64,000 nt of DNA, from NCBI GenBank assembly GCA_964016885.1, contig OZ024741.1:21204001-21268000 (forward strand), written 5' to 3'. This DNA is from Eledone cirrhosa (taxonomy: Eukaryota). The notes under the pieces are model-generated. The model saw nothing but the letters and a program-made list of their open reading frames with translations, did not search any database and was not told the DNA's origin. The position numbers were made by a program, and so were the translations under genes. The number at the start of each line of letters is the position of its first letter. The stretch's first letter is position 1. Positions 1-13,800 of this stretch are shown here, in pieces.

Positions 1-3000
1 GTTGGTCATGGGAGCCAGTCAGAATGTAAGAAGATAAGATGGAAGGAACTTTGGATGGTCATGGGAGCCAGTCAGAATGTGAGAAGTTGAGATGGAAGGA
101 ACTTTTGTTGGTCATGGGAGCCAGTCAGAATGTGAGAAGTTGAGATGGAAGGAACTTTTGTTGGTCATGGGAGCCAGACAGGATGTGAGAAGATAAGATG
201 GAAGGAACTTTGGATGGTCATGGGAGCCAGTCAGAATGTGAGAAGTTGAGATGGAAGGAACTTTTCTTGGTCATGGGAGCCAGTCAGAATGTGAGAAGTT
301 GAGATGGAAGGAACTTTTGTTGGTCATGGGAGCCAGTCAGGATGTGAGAAAATGAGATGGAAGGAACTTTGGATGGTCATGGGAGCCAGTCAGAATGTGA
401 GAAGTTGAGATTGAAGGAACTTTGGTTGGTCATGGGAGCCAGTCAGAATGTGAGAAGTTGAGATGGTAGGAACTTTGGTTGGTCATGGGAGCTAGTCAGA
501 ATGTGAGAAGATGAGATGGAAGGAACTTTGGTTGGTCATGGGAGCTGATCAGAATGTGAGAAGATGAGATGGAAGGAACTTTGGTTGGTCATGGGAGCTA
601 GTCAGAATGTGAGAAGATGAGATGGAAGGAACTTTGGTTGGTCATGGGAGCCAGTCAGAATGTGAGAAGATGAGATGGAAGGAACTTTGGTTGGTCATGG
701 GAGCTAATCAGAATGTGGGAAGATGAGATGGAAGGAACTTTGGTTGGTCATGGGAGCCAGTCAGAATGTGAGAAGTTGAGATGGAAGGAACTTTGGTTGG
801 TCATGGGAGCCAGTCAGAATGTAAGAAGATAAGATGGAAGGAACTTTGGATGGTCATGGGAGCCAGTCAGAATGTGAGAAGTTGAGATGGAAGGAACTTT
901 TGTTGGTCATGGGAGCCAGTCAGAATGTGAGAAGTTGAGATGGAAGGAACTTTTGTTGGTCATGGGAGCCAGTCAGGATGTGAGAAGATAAGATGGAAGG
1001 AACTTTGGATGGTCATGGGAGCCAGTCAGAATGTGAGAAGTTGAGATGGAAGGAACTTTTCTTGGTCATGGGAGCCAGTCAGAATGTGAGAAGTTGAGAT
1101 GGAAGGAACTTTTGTTGGTCATGGGAGCCAGTCAGGATGTGAGAAAATGAGATGGAAGGAACTTTGGATGGTCATGGGAGCCAGTCAGAATGTGGGAAAA
1201 TGAGATGGAAGGAACTTTGGTTGGTCATGGGAGCCAGTCAGAATGTGGGAAGAACAGATGGAAGGAACTTTGGTTGGTCATGGGAGCCAGTCAGAATGTG
1301 AGAAGATGTGAGGGAAGGAACTTTGGTTGGTCATGGGAGCCAGTCAGAATGCGAGAAGTTGAGATGGAAGGAACTTTGGTTGGTCATGGGAGCGAGTCAG
1401 AATGTGGGAAGATGAGATGGAAGGAACTTTGGTTGGTCATGGGAGCTAATCAGAATGTGAGAAGATGAGATGGAAGGAACTTTGGTTGGTCATGGGAGCA
1501 AATCAGATTGTGGGAAGATGAGATGGAAGGAACTTTGGTTGGTCATGGGAGCCAGTCAAATTGTGGGCAGATGAGATGGAAGGAACTTTGGTTGGTCATG
1601 GGAGCCAGTCAGAATGTGGGAAGATGAGATGGAAGGAACTTTGGTTGGTCATGGGAGCCAGTCAGAATGTGGGAAGAACAGATGGAAGGAACTTTGGTTG
1701 GTCATGGGAGCCAGTCTGAATGTGAGAAGATGTGAGGGAAGGAACTTTGGTTGGTCATGGGAGCCAGTCAGAATGCGAGAAATTGAGATGGAAGGAACTT
1801 TGGTTGGTCATGGGAGCGAGTCAGAATGTGGGAAGATGAGATGGAAGGAACTTTGGTTGGTCATGGGAGCCAGTCAGATTGTGGGCAGATGAGATGGAAG
1901 GAACTTTGGTTGGTCATGGGAGCAAGTCAGATTGTGGGAAGATGAGATGGAAGGAACTTTAGTTAGTCATGGGAGCCAGTCACATTGTGGGCAGATGAGA
2001 TGGAAGGAACTTTGGTTGGTCATGGGAGCCAGTCAGATTGTGGGAAGATGAGATGGAAGGAACTTTGGTTGGTCATGGGAGCCATTCAGAATGTGAGAAG
2101 AAGAGATGGAAGGAACTTTGATTGGTCATGGGAGCCAGTCAGAATGTGAGAAGTTGAGATGGAAGGAACTTTGGTTGGTCATGGGAGCCAGTCAGAATGT
2201 AAGAAGATAAGATGGAAGGAACTTTGGATGGTCATGGGAGCCAGTCAGAATGTGAGAAGTTGAGATGGAAGGAACTTTTGTTGGTCATGGGAGCCAGTCA
2301 GAATGTGAGAAGTTGAGATGGAAGGAACTTTTGTTGGTCATGGGAGCCAGACAGGATGTGAGAAGATAAGATGGAAGTAACTTTGGATGGTCATGGGAGC
2401 CAGTCAGAATGTGAGAAGTTGAGATGGAAGGAACTTTTCTTGGTCATGGGAGCCAGTCAGAATGTGAGAAGTTGAGATGGAAGGAACTTTTGTTGGTCAT
2501 GGGAGCCAGTCAGGATGTGAGAAAATGAGATGGAAGGAACTTTGGATGGTCATGGGAGCCAGTCAGAATGTGAGAAGTTGAGATTGAAGGAACTTTGGTT
2601 GGTCATGGGAGCCAGTCAGAATGTGAGAAGTTGAGATGGTAGGAACTTTGGTTGGTCATGGGAGCTAGTCAGAATGTGAGAAGATGAGATGGAAGGAACT
2701 TTGGTTGGTCATGGGAGCTGATCAGAATGTGAGAAGATGAGATGGAAGGAACTTTGGTTGGTCATGGGAGCTAGTCAGAATGTGAGAAGATGAGATGGAA
2801 GGAACTTTGGTTGGTCATGGGAGCCAGTCAGAATGTGAGAAGATGAGATGGAAGGAACTTTGGTTGGTCATGGGAGCTAATCAGAATGTGGGAAGATGAG
2901 ATGGAAGGAACTTTGGTTGGTCATGGGAGCCAGTCAGAATGTGAGAAGTTGAGATGGAAGGAACTTTGGTTGGTCATGGGAGCCAGTCAGAATGTAAGAA

Positions 3001-5120
3001 GATAAGATGGAAGGAACTTTGGATGGTCATGGGAGCCAGTCAGAATGTGAGAAGTTGAGATGGAAGGAACTTTTGTTGGTCATGGGAGCCAGTCAGAATG
3101 TGAGAAGTTGAGATGGAAGGAACTTTTGTTGGTCATGGGAGCCAGTCAGGATGTGAGAAGATAAGATGGAAGGAACTTTGGATGGTCATGGGAGCCAGTC
3201 AGAATGTGAGAAGTTGAGATGGAAGGAACTTTTCTTGGTCATGGGAGCCAGTCAGAATGTGAGAAGTTGAGATGGAAGGAACTTTTGTTGGTCATGGGAG
3301 CCAGTCAGGATGTGAGAAAATGAGATGGAAGGAACTTTGGATGGTCATGGGAGCCAGTCAGAATGTGAGAAAATGAGATGGAAGGAACTTTGGTTGGTCA
3401 TGGGAGCCAGTCAGAATGTGGGAAGAACAGATGGAAGGAACTTTGGTTGGTCATGGGAGCCAGTCAGAATGTGAGAAGATGTGAGGGAAGGAACTTTGGT
3501 TGGTCATGGGAGCCAGTCAGAATGCGAGAAGTTGAGATGGAAGGAACTTTGGTTGGTCATGGGAGCGAGTCAGAATGTGGGAAGATGAGATGGAAGGAAC
3601 TTTGGTTGGTCATGGGAGCTAATCAGAATGTGAGAAGATGAGATGGAAGGAACTTTGGTTGGTCATGGGAGCAAATCAGATTGTGGGAAGATGAGATGGA
3701 AGGAACTTTGGTTGGTCATGGGAGCCAGTCAAATTGTGGGCAGATGAGATGGAAGGAACTTTGGTTGGTCATGGGAGCCAGTCAGAATGTGGGAAGATGA
3801 GATGGAAGGAACTTTGGTTGGTCATGGGAGCCAGTCAGAATGTGGGAAGAACAGATGGAAGGAACTTTGGTTGGTCATGGGAGCCAGTCTGAATGTGAGA
3901 AGATGTGAGGGAAGGAACTTTGGTTGGTCATGGGAGCCAGTTAGAATGCGAGAAATTGAGATGGAAGGAACTTTGGTTGGTCATGGGAGCGAGTCAGAAT
4001 GTGGGAAGATGAGATGGAAGGAACTTTGGTTGGTCATGGGAGCCAGTCAGATTGTGGGCAGATGAGATGGAAGGAACTTTGGTTGGTCATGGGAGCAAGT
4101 CAGATTGTGGGAAGATGAGATGGAAGGAACTTTAGTTAGTCATGGGAGCCAGTCACATTGTGGGCAGATGAGATGGAAGGAACTTTGGTTGGTCATGGGA
4201 GCCAGTCAGATTGTGGGAAGATGAGATGGAAGGAACTTTGGTTGGTCATGGGAGCCATTCAGAATGTGAGAAGAAGAGATGGAAGGAACTTTGATTGGTC
4301 ATGGGAGCCAGTCAGAATGTGAGAAGTTGAGATGGAAGGAACTTTGGTTGGTCATGGGAGCCAGTCAGAATGTAAGAAGATAAGATGGAAGGAACTTTGG
4401 ATGGTCATGGGAGCCAGTCAGAATGTGAGAAGTTGAGATGGAAGGAACTTTTGTTGGTCATGGGAGCCAGTCAGAATGTGAGAAGTTGAGATGGAAGGAA
4501 CTTTTGTTGGTCATGGGAGCCAGACAGGCTGTGAGAAGATAAGATGGAAGGAACTTTGGATGGTCATGGGAGCCAGTCAGAATGTGAGAAGTTGAGATGG
4601 AAGGAACTTTTCTTGGTCATGGGAGCCAGTCAGAATGTGAGAAGTTGAGATGGAAGGAACTTTTGTTGGTCATGGGAGCCAGTCAGGATGTGAGAAAATG
4701 AGATGGAAGGAACTTTGGATGGTCATGGGAGCCAGTCAGAATGTGAGAAGTTGAGATTGAAGGAACTTTGGTTGGTCATGGGAGCCAGTCAGAATGTGAG
4801 AAGTTGAGATGGTAGGAACTTTGGTTGGTCATGGGAGCTAGTCAGAATGTGAGAAGATGAGATGGAAGGAACTTTGGTTGGTCATGGGAGCTGATCAGAA
4901 TGTGAGAAGATGAGATGGAAGGAACTTTGGTTGGTCATGGGAGCCAGTCAGAATGTGAGAAGATGAGATGGAAGGAACTTTGGTTGGTCATGGGAGCCAG
5001 TCAGAATGTGAGAAGATGAGATGGAAGGAACTTTGGTTGGTCATGGGAGCTAATCAGAATGTGGGAAGATGAGATGGAAGGAACTTTGGTTGGTCATGGG
5101 AGCCAGTCAGAATGTGAGAA
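1..5120. repeat. 41-monomer (2173-bp) higher-order repeat, ~2.35 copies (starts 1, 2174, 4347)
   Basis: The diagnostic monomer series (GTAAGAAGATAAG, CCAGACAGG, GATTGAAGG, GGTAGGAA, CTGATCAG) recurs at offset 2173 = 41x53. The identical ORFs at 1614 and 3787 have the same offset. The third copy diverges near 5120. Confidence 0.93.
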
Positions 5121-8100
5121 GATGAGATGGAAGGAACTTTGGTTGGTCATGGGAGCCAGTCAGAACGTGAGAAGTTGAGATGGAAGGAACTTTGGTTGGT
5201 CATGGGAGCCAGTCAGAATCTGAGAAGATGAGATGGAAGGAACTTTGGTTGGTCATGGGAGCCAGTCAGAATGTGAGAAGATGAGATGGAAGGAACTTTG
5301 GTTGGTCATGGGAGCTAATCAGAATGTGAGAAGATGAGATGGAAGGAACTTTGGTTGATCATGGGAGCCAGTCAGAATCTGAGAAGATGAGATGGAAGAA
5401 ACTTTGATTGGTCATGGGAGCCAGTCAGGATGTGAGAAGATGAGATGGAAGGAACTTTGGTTGGTCATGGGAGCCAGTCAGGATGTGAGAAGATGAGATG
5501 GAAGGAACTTTGGCTGGTCATGGGAGCCAGTCAGCATGTGAGAAGTTGAGATGGAAGGAACTTTGGTTGGTCATGGGAGCAAGTCAGATTGTGGGAAGAT
5601 GAGATGGAAGGAACTTTGGTTGGTCATGGGAGCCATTCAGAATGTGAGAAGAAGAGATGGAAGGAACTTTGGTTGGTCATGGGAGCTAATCAGAATGTGA
5701 GAAGATGAGATGGAAGAAACTTTGGTTGGTCATGGGAGCTAGTCAGAATGTGAGAAGATGAGATGGAAGGAACTTTGGTTGGTCATGGGAGCTAATCAGA
5801 ATGTGAGAAGATGAGATGGAAGGAACTTTGGTTGGTCATCGGAGCTAGTCAGAATCTGAGAAGATGAGATGGAAGGAACTTTGGTTGGTCATGGGAGCTA
5901 ATCAGATTGTGGGAAGATGAGATGGAAGGAACTTTGGTTGGTCATGGGAGCCAGTCAGAATGTGAGAAGATGAGATGGAAGGAACTTTGGTTGGTCATGG
6001 GAGCCAGTCAGAATGTGAGAAGTTGAGATGGAAGGAACTTTGGTTAGTCATGGGAGCCAGTCAGAATGTGAGAAGATGAGATGGAAGGAACTTTGGTTGG
6101 TCATGGGAGCCAGTCAGAATGTGAGAAGATGAGATGGAAGGAACTTTGGTTGGTCATGGGAGCTAATCAGAATGTGAGAAGATGAGATGGAAGGAACTTT
6201 GGTTGGTCATGGGAGCCAGTCAGAATGTGAGAAGATGAGATGGAAGGAACTTTGGTTGGTCATGGGAGCTAATCAGAATGTGAGAAGATGAGATGGAAGG
6301 AACTTTGGTTGGTCATGGGAGCCAGTCAGAATGTGAGAAGATGAGATGGAAGGAACTTTGGTTGGTCATGGGAGCTAATCAGAATGTGAGAAGATGAGAT
6401 GGAAGGAACTTTGGTTGGTCATGGGAGCCAGTCAGAATGTGAGAAGATGAGATGGAAGGAACTTTGGTTGGTCATGGGAGCCAGTCAGAATGTGAGAAGA
6501 TGAGATGGAAGGAACTTTGGTTGGTCATGGGAGCCAGTCAGAATGTGAGAAGATGAGATGGAAGGAACTTTGGTTGGTCATGGGAGCCAGTCAGAATGTG
6601 AGAAGATGAGATGGAAGGAACTTTGGTTGGTCATGGGAGCTAATCAGAATGTGAGAAGATGAGATGGAAGGAACTTTGATTGGTCATGGGAGCCAGTCAG
6701 AATGTGAGAAGATGAGATGGAAGGAACTTTGGTTGGTCATGGGAGCTAATCAGAATGTGAGAAGATGAGATGGAAGGAACTTTGGTTGGTCATGGGAGCC
6801 AGTCAGAATGTGTGAAGATGAGAGGGAAGGAACTTTGGTTGGTCATGGGAGCCAGTCAGAATGTGAGAAGATGAGATGGAAGGAACTTTGGTTGGTCATG
6901 GGAGCCAGTCAGAATGTGAGAAGATGAGATGGAAGGAACTTTGGTTGGTCATGGGAGCTAATCAGAATGTGAGAAGATGAGATGGAAGGAACTTTGGGTG
7001 GTCATGGGAGCCAGTCAGAATGTGAGAAGATGAGATGGAAGGAACTTTGGTTGGTCATGGGAGCCAGTCAGAATGTGAGAAGATGAGATGGAAGGAACTT
7101 TGGTTGGTCATGGGAGCCAGTCAGAATGTGAGAAGATGAGATGGAAGGAACTTTGGTTGGTCATGGGAGCTAATCAGAATGTGAGAAGATGAGATGGAAG
7201 GAACTTTGGTTGGTCATGGGAGCCAGTCAGAATGTGAGAAGATGAGATGGAAGGAACTTTGGTTGGTCATGGGAGCCAGTCAGAATGTGAGAAGATGAGA
7301 TGGAAGGAACTTTGGTTGGTCATGGGAGCTAATCAGAATGTGAGAAGATGAGATGGAAGGAACTTTGGTTGGTCATGGGAGCCAGTCAGAATGTGAGAAG
7401 ATGAGATGGAAGGAACTTTGGTTGGTCATGGGAGCCAGTCAGAATGTGAGAAGATGAGATGGAAGGAACTTTGGTTGGTCATGGGAGCTAATCAGAATGT
7501 GAGAAGATGAGATGGAAGGAACTTTGATTGGTCATGGGAGCCAGTCAGAATGTGAGAAGATGAGATGGAAGAACTTTGGTTGGTCATGGGAGCTAATCAG
7601 AATGTGAGAAGATGAGATGGAAGGAACTTTGGTTGGTCATGGGAGCCAGTCAGAATGTGTGTAGATGAGAGGGAAGGAACTTTGGTTGGTCATGGGAGCC
7701 AGTCAGAATGTGAGAAGTTGAGATGGAAGGAACTTTGGTTGGTCATGGGAGCCAGTCAGAATGTGAGAAGTTGAGATGGAAGGAACTTTGGTTGGTCATG
7801 GGAGCCAGTCAGAATGTGGGAAGATGAGATGGAAGGAACTTTGGTTGGTCATGGGAGCTAATCAGAATGTGGGAAGATGAGATGGAAGGAACTTTGGTTG
7901 GTCATGGGAGCCAGTCAGAATGTGAGAAGTTGAGATGGAAGGAACTTTGGTTGGTCATGGGAGCTAATCAGAATGTGAGAAGTTGAGATGGAAGGAACTT
8001 TGGTTGGTCATGGGAGCTAATCAGAATGTGGGAAGATGAGATGGAAGGAACTTTGGTTGGTCATGGGAGCCAGTCAGAATGTGAGAAGATGAGATGGAAG

Positions 8101-10811
8101 GAACTTTGGTTGGTCATGGGAGCCAGTCAGAATGTGAGAAGATGAGATGGAAGGAACTTTGGTTGGTCATGGGAGCCAGTCAGAATGTGAGAAGTTGAGA
8201 TGGAAGGAACTTTGGTTGGTCCTGGGAGCCAGACAGAATCTAAGAAGATGAGATGGAAGGAACTTTTGTTGGTCATGGGAGTCAGTCAGAATCTGAGAAG
8301 ATGAGATGGAAGGAACTTTTGTTGGTCATGGGAGCCAGTCAGAATGTGAGAAGTTGAGATGGAAGGAACTTTGGTTGGTCATGGGAGCCAGTCAGAATCT
8401 GAGAAGATGAGATGGAAGGAACTTTGGTTGGTCATGGGAGCCAGTCAGAATGTGAGAAGATGAGATGGAAGGAACTTTGGTTGGTCATGGGAGCTAATCA
8501 GAATGTGAGAAGATGAGATGGAAGGAACTTTGGTTGGTCATGGGAGCCAGTCAGAATGTGAGAAGATGAGATGGAAGGAACTTTGGTTGGTCATGGGAGC
8601 TAATCAGAATGTAAGAAGATGAGATGGAAGGAACTTTGGTTGGTCATGGGAGCCAGTCAGAATGTGAGAAGTTGAGATGGAAGGAACTTTGGTTGGTCAT
8701 GGGAGCTAATCAGAATGTGAGAAGATGAGATGGAAGGAACTTTGGTTGGTCATGGGAGCCAGTCAGAATGTGAGAAGATGAGATGGAAGGAACTTTGGTT
8801 GGTCATGGGAGCCAGTCAGAATGTGAGAAGTTGAGATGGAAGGAACTTTGGTTGGTCATGGGAGCCAGTCAGAATCTAAGAAGATGAGATGGAAGGAACT
8901 TTTGTTGGTCATGGGAGCCAGTCAGAATCTGAGAAGATGAGATGGAAGGAACTTTTGTTGGTCATGGGAGCCAGTCAGAATGTGAGAAGTTGAGATGGAA
9001 GGAACTTTGGTTGGTCATGGGAGCCAGTCAGAATCTGAGAAGATGAGATGGAAGGAACTTTGGTTGGTCATGGGAGCCAGTCAGAATGTGAGAAGATGAG
9101 ATGGAAGGAACTTTGGTTGGTCATGGGAGCTAATCAGAATGTGAGAAGATGAGATGGAAGGAACTTTGGTTGGTCATGGGAGCCAGTCAGAATGTGAGAA
9201 GATGAGATGGAAGGAACTTTGGTTGGTCATGGGAGCTAATCAGAATGTGGGAAGATGAGATGGAAGGAACTTTGGTTGGTCATGGGAGCCAGTCAGAATG
9301 TGAGAAGTTGAGATGGAAGGAACTTTGGTTGGTCATGGGAGCTAATCAGAATGTGAGAAGATGAGATGGAAGGAACTTTGGTTGGTCATGGGAGCCAGTC
9401 AGAATGTGAGAAGATGAGATGGAAGGAACTTTGGTTGGTCATGGGAGCCAGTCAGAATGTGAGAAGATGAGATGGAAGGAACTTTGGTTGGTCATGGGAG
9501 CTAATCAGAATGTGAGAAGATGAGATGGAAGGAACTTTGATTGGTCATGGGAGCCAGTCAGAATGTGAGAAGATGAGATGGAAGGAACTTTGGTTGGTCA
9601 TGGGAGCTAATCAGAATGTGAGAAGATGAGATGGAAGGAACTTTGGTTGGTCATGGGAGCTAATCAGATTGTGGGAAGATGAGATGGAAGGAACTTTGGT
9701 TGGTCATGGGAGCCAGTCAGAATGTGAGAAGATGAGATGGAAGGAACTTTGGTTGGTCATGGGAGCCAGTCAGAATGTGAGAAGTTGAGATGGAAGGAAC
9801 TTTGGTTAGTCATGGGAGCCAGTCAGAATGTGAGAAGATGAGATGGAAGGAACTTTGGTTGGTCATGGGAGCCAGTCAGAATGTGAGAAGATGAGATGGA
9901 AGGAACTTTGGTTGGTCATGGGAGCTAATCAGAATGTGAGAAGATGAGATGGAAGGAACTTTGGTTGGTCATGGGAGCCAGTCAGAATGTGAGAAGATGA
10001 GATGGAAGGAACTTTGGTTGGTCATGGGAGCTAATCAGAATGTGAGAAGATGAGATGGAAGGAACTTTGGTTGGTCATGGGAGCCAGTCAGAATGTGAGA
10101 AGATGAGATGGAAGGAACTTTGGTTGGTCATGGGAGCTAATCAGAATGTGAGAAGATGAGATGGAAGGAACTTTGGTTGGTCATGGGAGCCAGTCAGAAT
10201 GTGAGAAGATGAGATGGAAGGAACTTTGGTTGGTCATGGGAGCCAGTCAGAATGTGAGAAGATGAGATGGAAGGAACTTTGGTTGGTCATGGGAGCCAGT
10301 CAGAATGTGAGAAGATGAGATGGAAGGAACTTTGGTTGGTCATGGGAGCCAGTCAGAATGTGAGAAGATGAGATGGAAGGAACTTTGGTTGGTCATGGGA
10401 GCTAATCAGAATGTGAGAAGATGAGATGGAAGGAACTTTGATTGGTCATGGGAGCCAGTCAGAATGTGAGAAGATGAGATGGAAGGAACTTTGGTTGGTC
10501 ATGGGAGCTAATCAGAATGTGAGAAGATGAGATGGAAGGAACTTTGGTTGGTCATGGGAGCCAGTCAGAATGTGTGAAGATGAGAGGGAAGGAACTTTGG
10601 TTGGTCATGGGAGCCAGTCAGAATGTGAGAAGATGAGATGGAAGGAACTTTGGTTGGTCATGGGAGCTAATCAGAATGTGAGAAGATGAGATGGAAGGAA
10701 CTTTGGGTGGTCATGGGAGCCAGTCAGAATGTGAGAAGATGAGATGGAAGGAACTTTGGTTGGTCATGGGAGCCAGTCAGAATGTGAGAAGATGAGATGG
10801 AAGGAACTTTG

Positions 10812-13800
10812 GTTGGTCATGGGAGCCAGTCAGAATGTAAGAAGATAAGATGGAAGGAACTTTGGATGGTCATGGGAGCCAGTCAGAATGTGAGAAGTTG
10901 AGATGGAAGGAACTTTTGTTGGTCATGGGAGCCAGTCAGAATGTGAGAAGTTGAGATGGAAGGAACTTTTGTTGGTCATGGGAGCCAGTCAGGATGTGAG
11001 AAGATAAGATGGAAGGAACTTTGGATGGTCATGGGAGCCAGTCAGAATGTGAGAAGTTGAGATGGAAGGAACTTTTCTTGGTCATGGGAGCCAGTCAGAA
11101 TGTGAGAAGTTGAGATGGAAGGAACTTTTGTTGGTCATGGGAGCCAGTCAGGATGTGAGAAAATGAGATGGAAGGAACTTTGGATGGTCATGGGAGCCAG
11201 TCAGAATGTGAGAAAATGAGATGGAAGGAACTTTGGTTGGTCATGGGAGCCAGTCAGAATGTGGGAAGAACAGATGGAAGGAACTTTGGTTGGTCATGGG
11301 AGCCAGTCAGAATGTGAGAAGATGTGAGGGAAGGAACTTTGGTTGGTCATGGGAGCCAGTCAGAATGCGAGAAGTTGAGATGGAAGGAACTTTGGTTGGT
11401 CATGGGAGCGAGTCAGAATGTGGGAAGATGAGATGGAAGGAACTTTGGTTGGTCATGGGAGCTAATCAGAATGTGAGAAGATGAGATGGAAGGAACTTTG
11501 GTTGGTCATGGGAGCAAATCAGATTGTGGGAAGATGAGATGGAAGGAACTTTGGTTGGTCATGGGAGCCAGTCAAATTGTGGGCAGATGAGATGGAAGGA
11601 ACTTTGGTTGGTCATGGGAGCCAGTCAGAATGTGGGAAGATGAGATGGAAGGAACTTTGGTTGGTCATGGGAGCCAGTCAGAATGTGGGAAGAACAGATG
11701 GAAGGAACTTTGGTTGGTCATGGGAGCCAGTCTGAATGTGAGAAGATGTGAGGGAAGGAACTTTGGTTGGTCATGGGAGCCAGTTAGAATGCGAGAAATT
11801 GAGATGGAAGGAACTTTGGTTGGTCATGGGAGCGAGTCAGAATGTGGGAAGATGAGATGGAAGGAACTTTGGTTGGTCATGGGAGCCAGTCAGATTGTGG
11901 GCAGATGAGATGGAAGGAACTTTGGTTGGTCATGGGAGCAAGTCAGATTGTGGGAAGATGAGATGGAAGGAACTTTAGTTAGTCATGGGAGCCAGTCACA
12001 TTGTGGGCAGATGAGATGGAAGGAACTTTGGTTGGTCATGGGAGCCAGTCAGATTGTGGGAAGATGAGATGGAAGGAACTTTGGTTGGTCATGGGAGCCA
12101 TTCAGAATGTGAGAAGAAGAGATGGAAGGAACTTTGATTGGTCATGGGAGCCAGTCAGAATGTGAGAAGTTGAGATGGAAGGAACTTTGGTTGGTCATGG
12201 GAGCCAGTCAGAATGTAAGAAGATAAGATGGAAGGAACTTTGGATGGTCATGGGAGCCAGTCAGAATGTGAGAAGTTGAGATGGAAGGAACTTTTGTTGG
12301 TCATGGGAGCCAGTCAGAATGTGAGAAGTTGAGATGGAAGGAACTTTTGTTGGTCATGGGAGCCAGACAGGATGTGAGAAGATAAGATGGAAGGAACTTT
12401 GGATGGTCATGGGAGCCAGTCAGAATGTGAGAAGTTGAGATGGAAGGAACTTTTCTTGGTCATGGGAGCCAGTCAGAATGTGAGAAGTTGAGATGGAAGG
12501 AACTTTTGTTGGTCATGGGAGCCAGTCAGGATGTGAGAAAATGAGATGGAAGGAACTTTGGATGGTCATGGGAGCCAGTCAGAATGTGAGAAGTTGAGAT
12601 TGAAGGAACTTTGGTTGGTCATGGGAGCCAGTCAGAATGTGAGAAGTTGAGATGGTAGGAACTTTGGTTGGTCATGGGAGCTAGTCAGAATGTGAGAAGA
12701 TGAGATGGAAGGAACTTTGGTTGGTCATGGGAGCTGATCAGAATGTGAGAAGATGAGATGGAAGGAACTTTGGTTGGTCATGGGAGCCAGTCAGAATGTG
12801 AGAAGATGAGATGGAAGGAACTTTGGTTGGTCATGGGAGCCAGTCAGAATGTGAGAAGATGAGATGGAAGGAACTTTGGTTGGTCATGGGAGCTAATCAG
12901 AATGTGGGAAGATGAGATGGAAGGAACTTTGGTTGGTCATGGGAGCCAGTCAGAATGTGAGAAGATGAGATGGAAGGAACTTTGGTTGGTCATGGGAGCC
13001 AGTCAGAACGTGAGAAGTTGAGATGGAAGGAACTTTGGTTGGTCATGGGAGCCAGTCAGAATCTGAGAAGATGAGATGGAAGGAACTTTGGTTGGTCATG
13101 GGAGCCAGTCAGAATGTGAGAAGATGAGATGGAAGGAACTTTGGTTGGTCATGGGAGCTAATCAGAATGTGAGAAGATGAGATGGAAGGAACTTTGGTTG
13201 ATCATGGGAGCCAGTCAGAATCTGAGAAGATGAGATGGAAGAAACTTTGATTGGTCATGGGAGCCAGTCAGGATGTGAGAAGATGAGATGGAAGGAACTT
13301 TGGTTGGTCATGGGAGCCAGTCAGGATGTGAGAAGATGAGATGGAAGGAACTTTGGCTGGTCATGGGAGCCAGTCAGCATGTGAGAAGTTGAGATGGAAG
13401 GAACTTTGGTTGGTCATGGGAGCAAGTCAGATTGTGGGAAGATGAGATGGAAGGAACTTTGGTTGGTCATGGGAGCCATTCAGAATGTGAGAAGAAGAGA
13501 TGGAAGGAACTTTGGTTGGTCATGGGAGCTAATCAGAATGTGAGAAGATGAGATGGAAGAAACTTTGGTTGGTCATGGGAGCTAGTCAGAATGTGAGAAG
13601 ATGAGATGGAAGGAACTTTGGTTGGTCATGGGAGCTAATCAGAATGTGAGAAGATGAGATGGAAGGAACTTTGGTTGGTCATCGGAGCTAGTCAGAATCT
13701 GAGAAGATGAGATGGAAGGAACTTTGGTTGGTCATGGGAGCTAATCAGATTGTGGGAAGATGAGATGGAAGGAACTTTGGTTGGTCATGGGAGCCAGTCA

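Noticed and set aside
5211-5223. Short inverted repeat TCAGA-A-TCTGA created by the G>C variant
   Set aside because: A 5-bp arm with a 1-nt loop arises from a single substitution and is too short to be meaningful.
1190-11908. Six 87-92 aa ORFs (MWENEMEGTLVGHGSQSECGK...)
   Set aside because: They are translations of the 53-bp repeat cycling through three frames where local variants happen to remove TGA codons. They recur only because the block is duplicated. 53 is not a multiple of 3, and the consensus has two TGA triplets on each strand.
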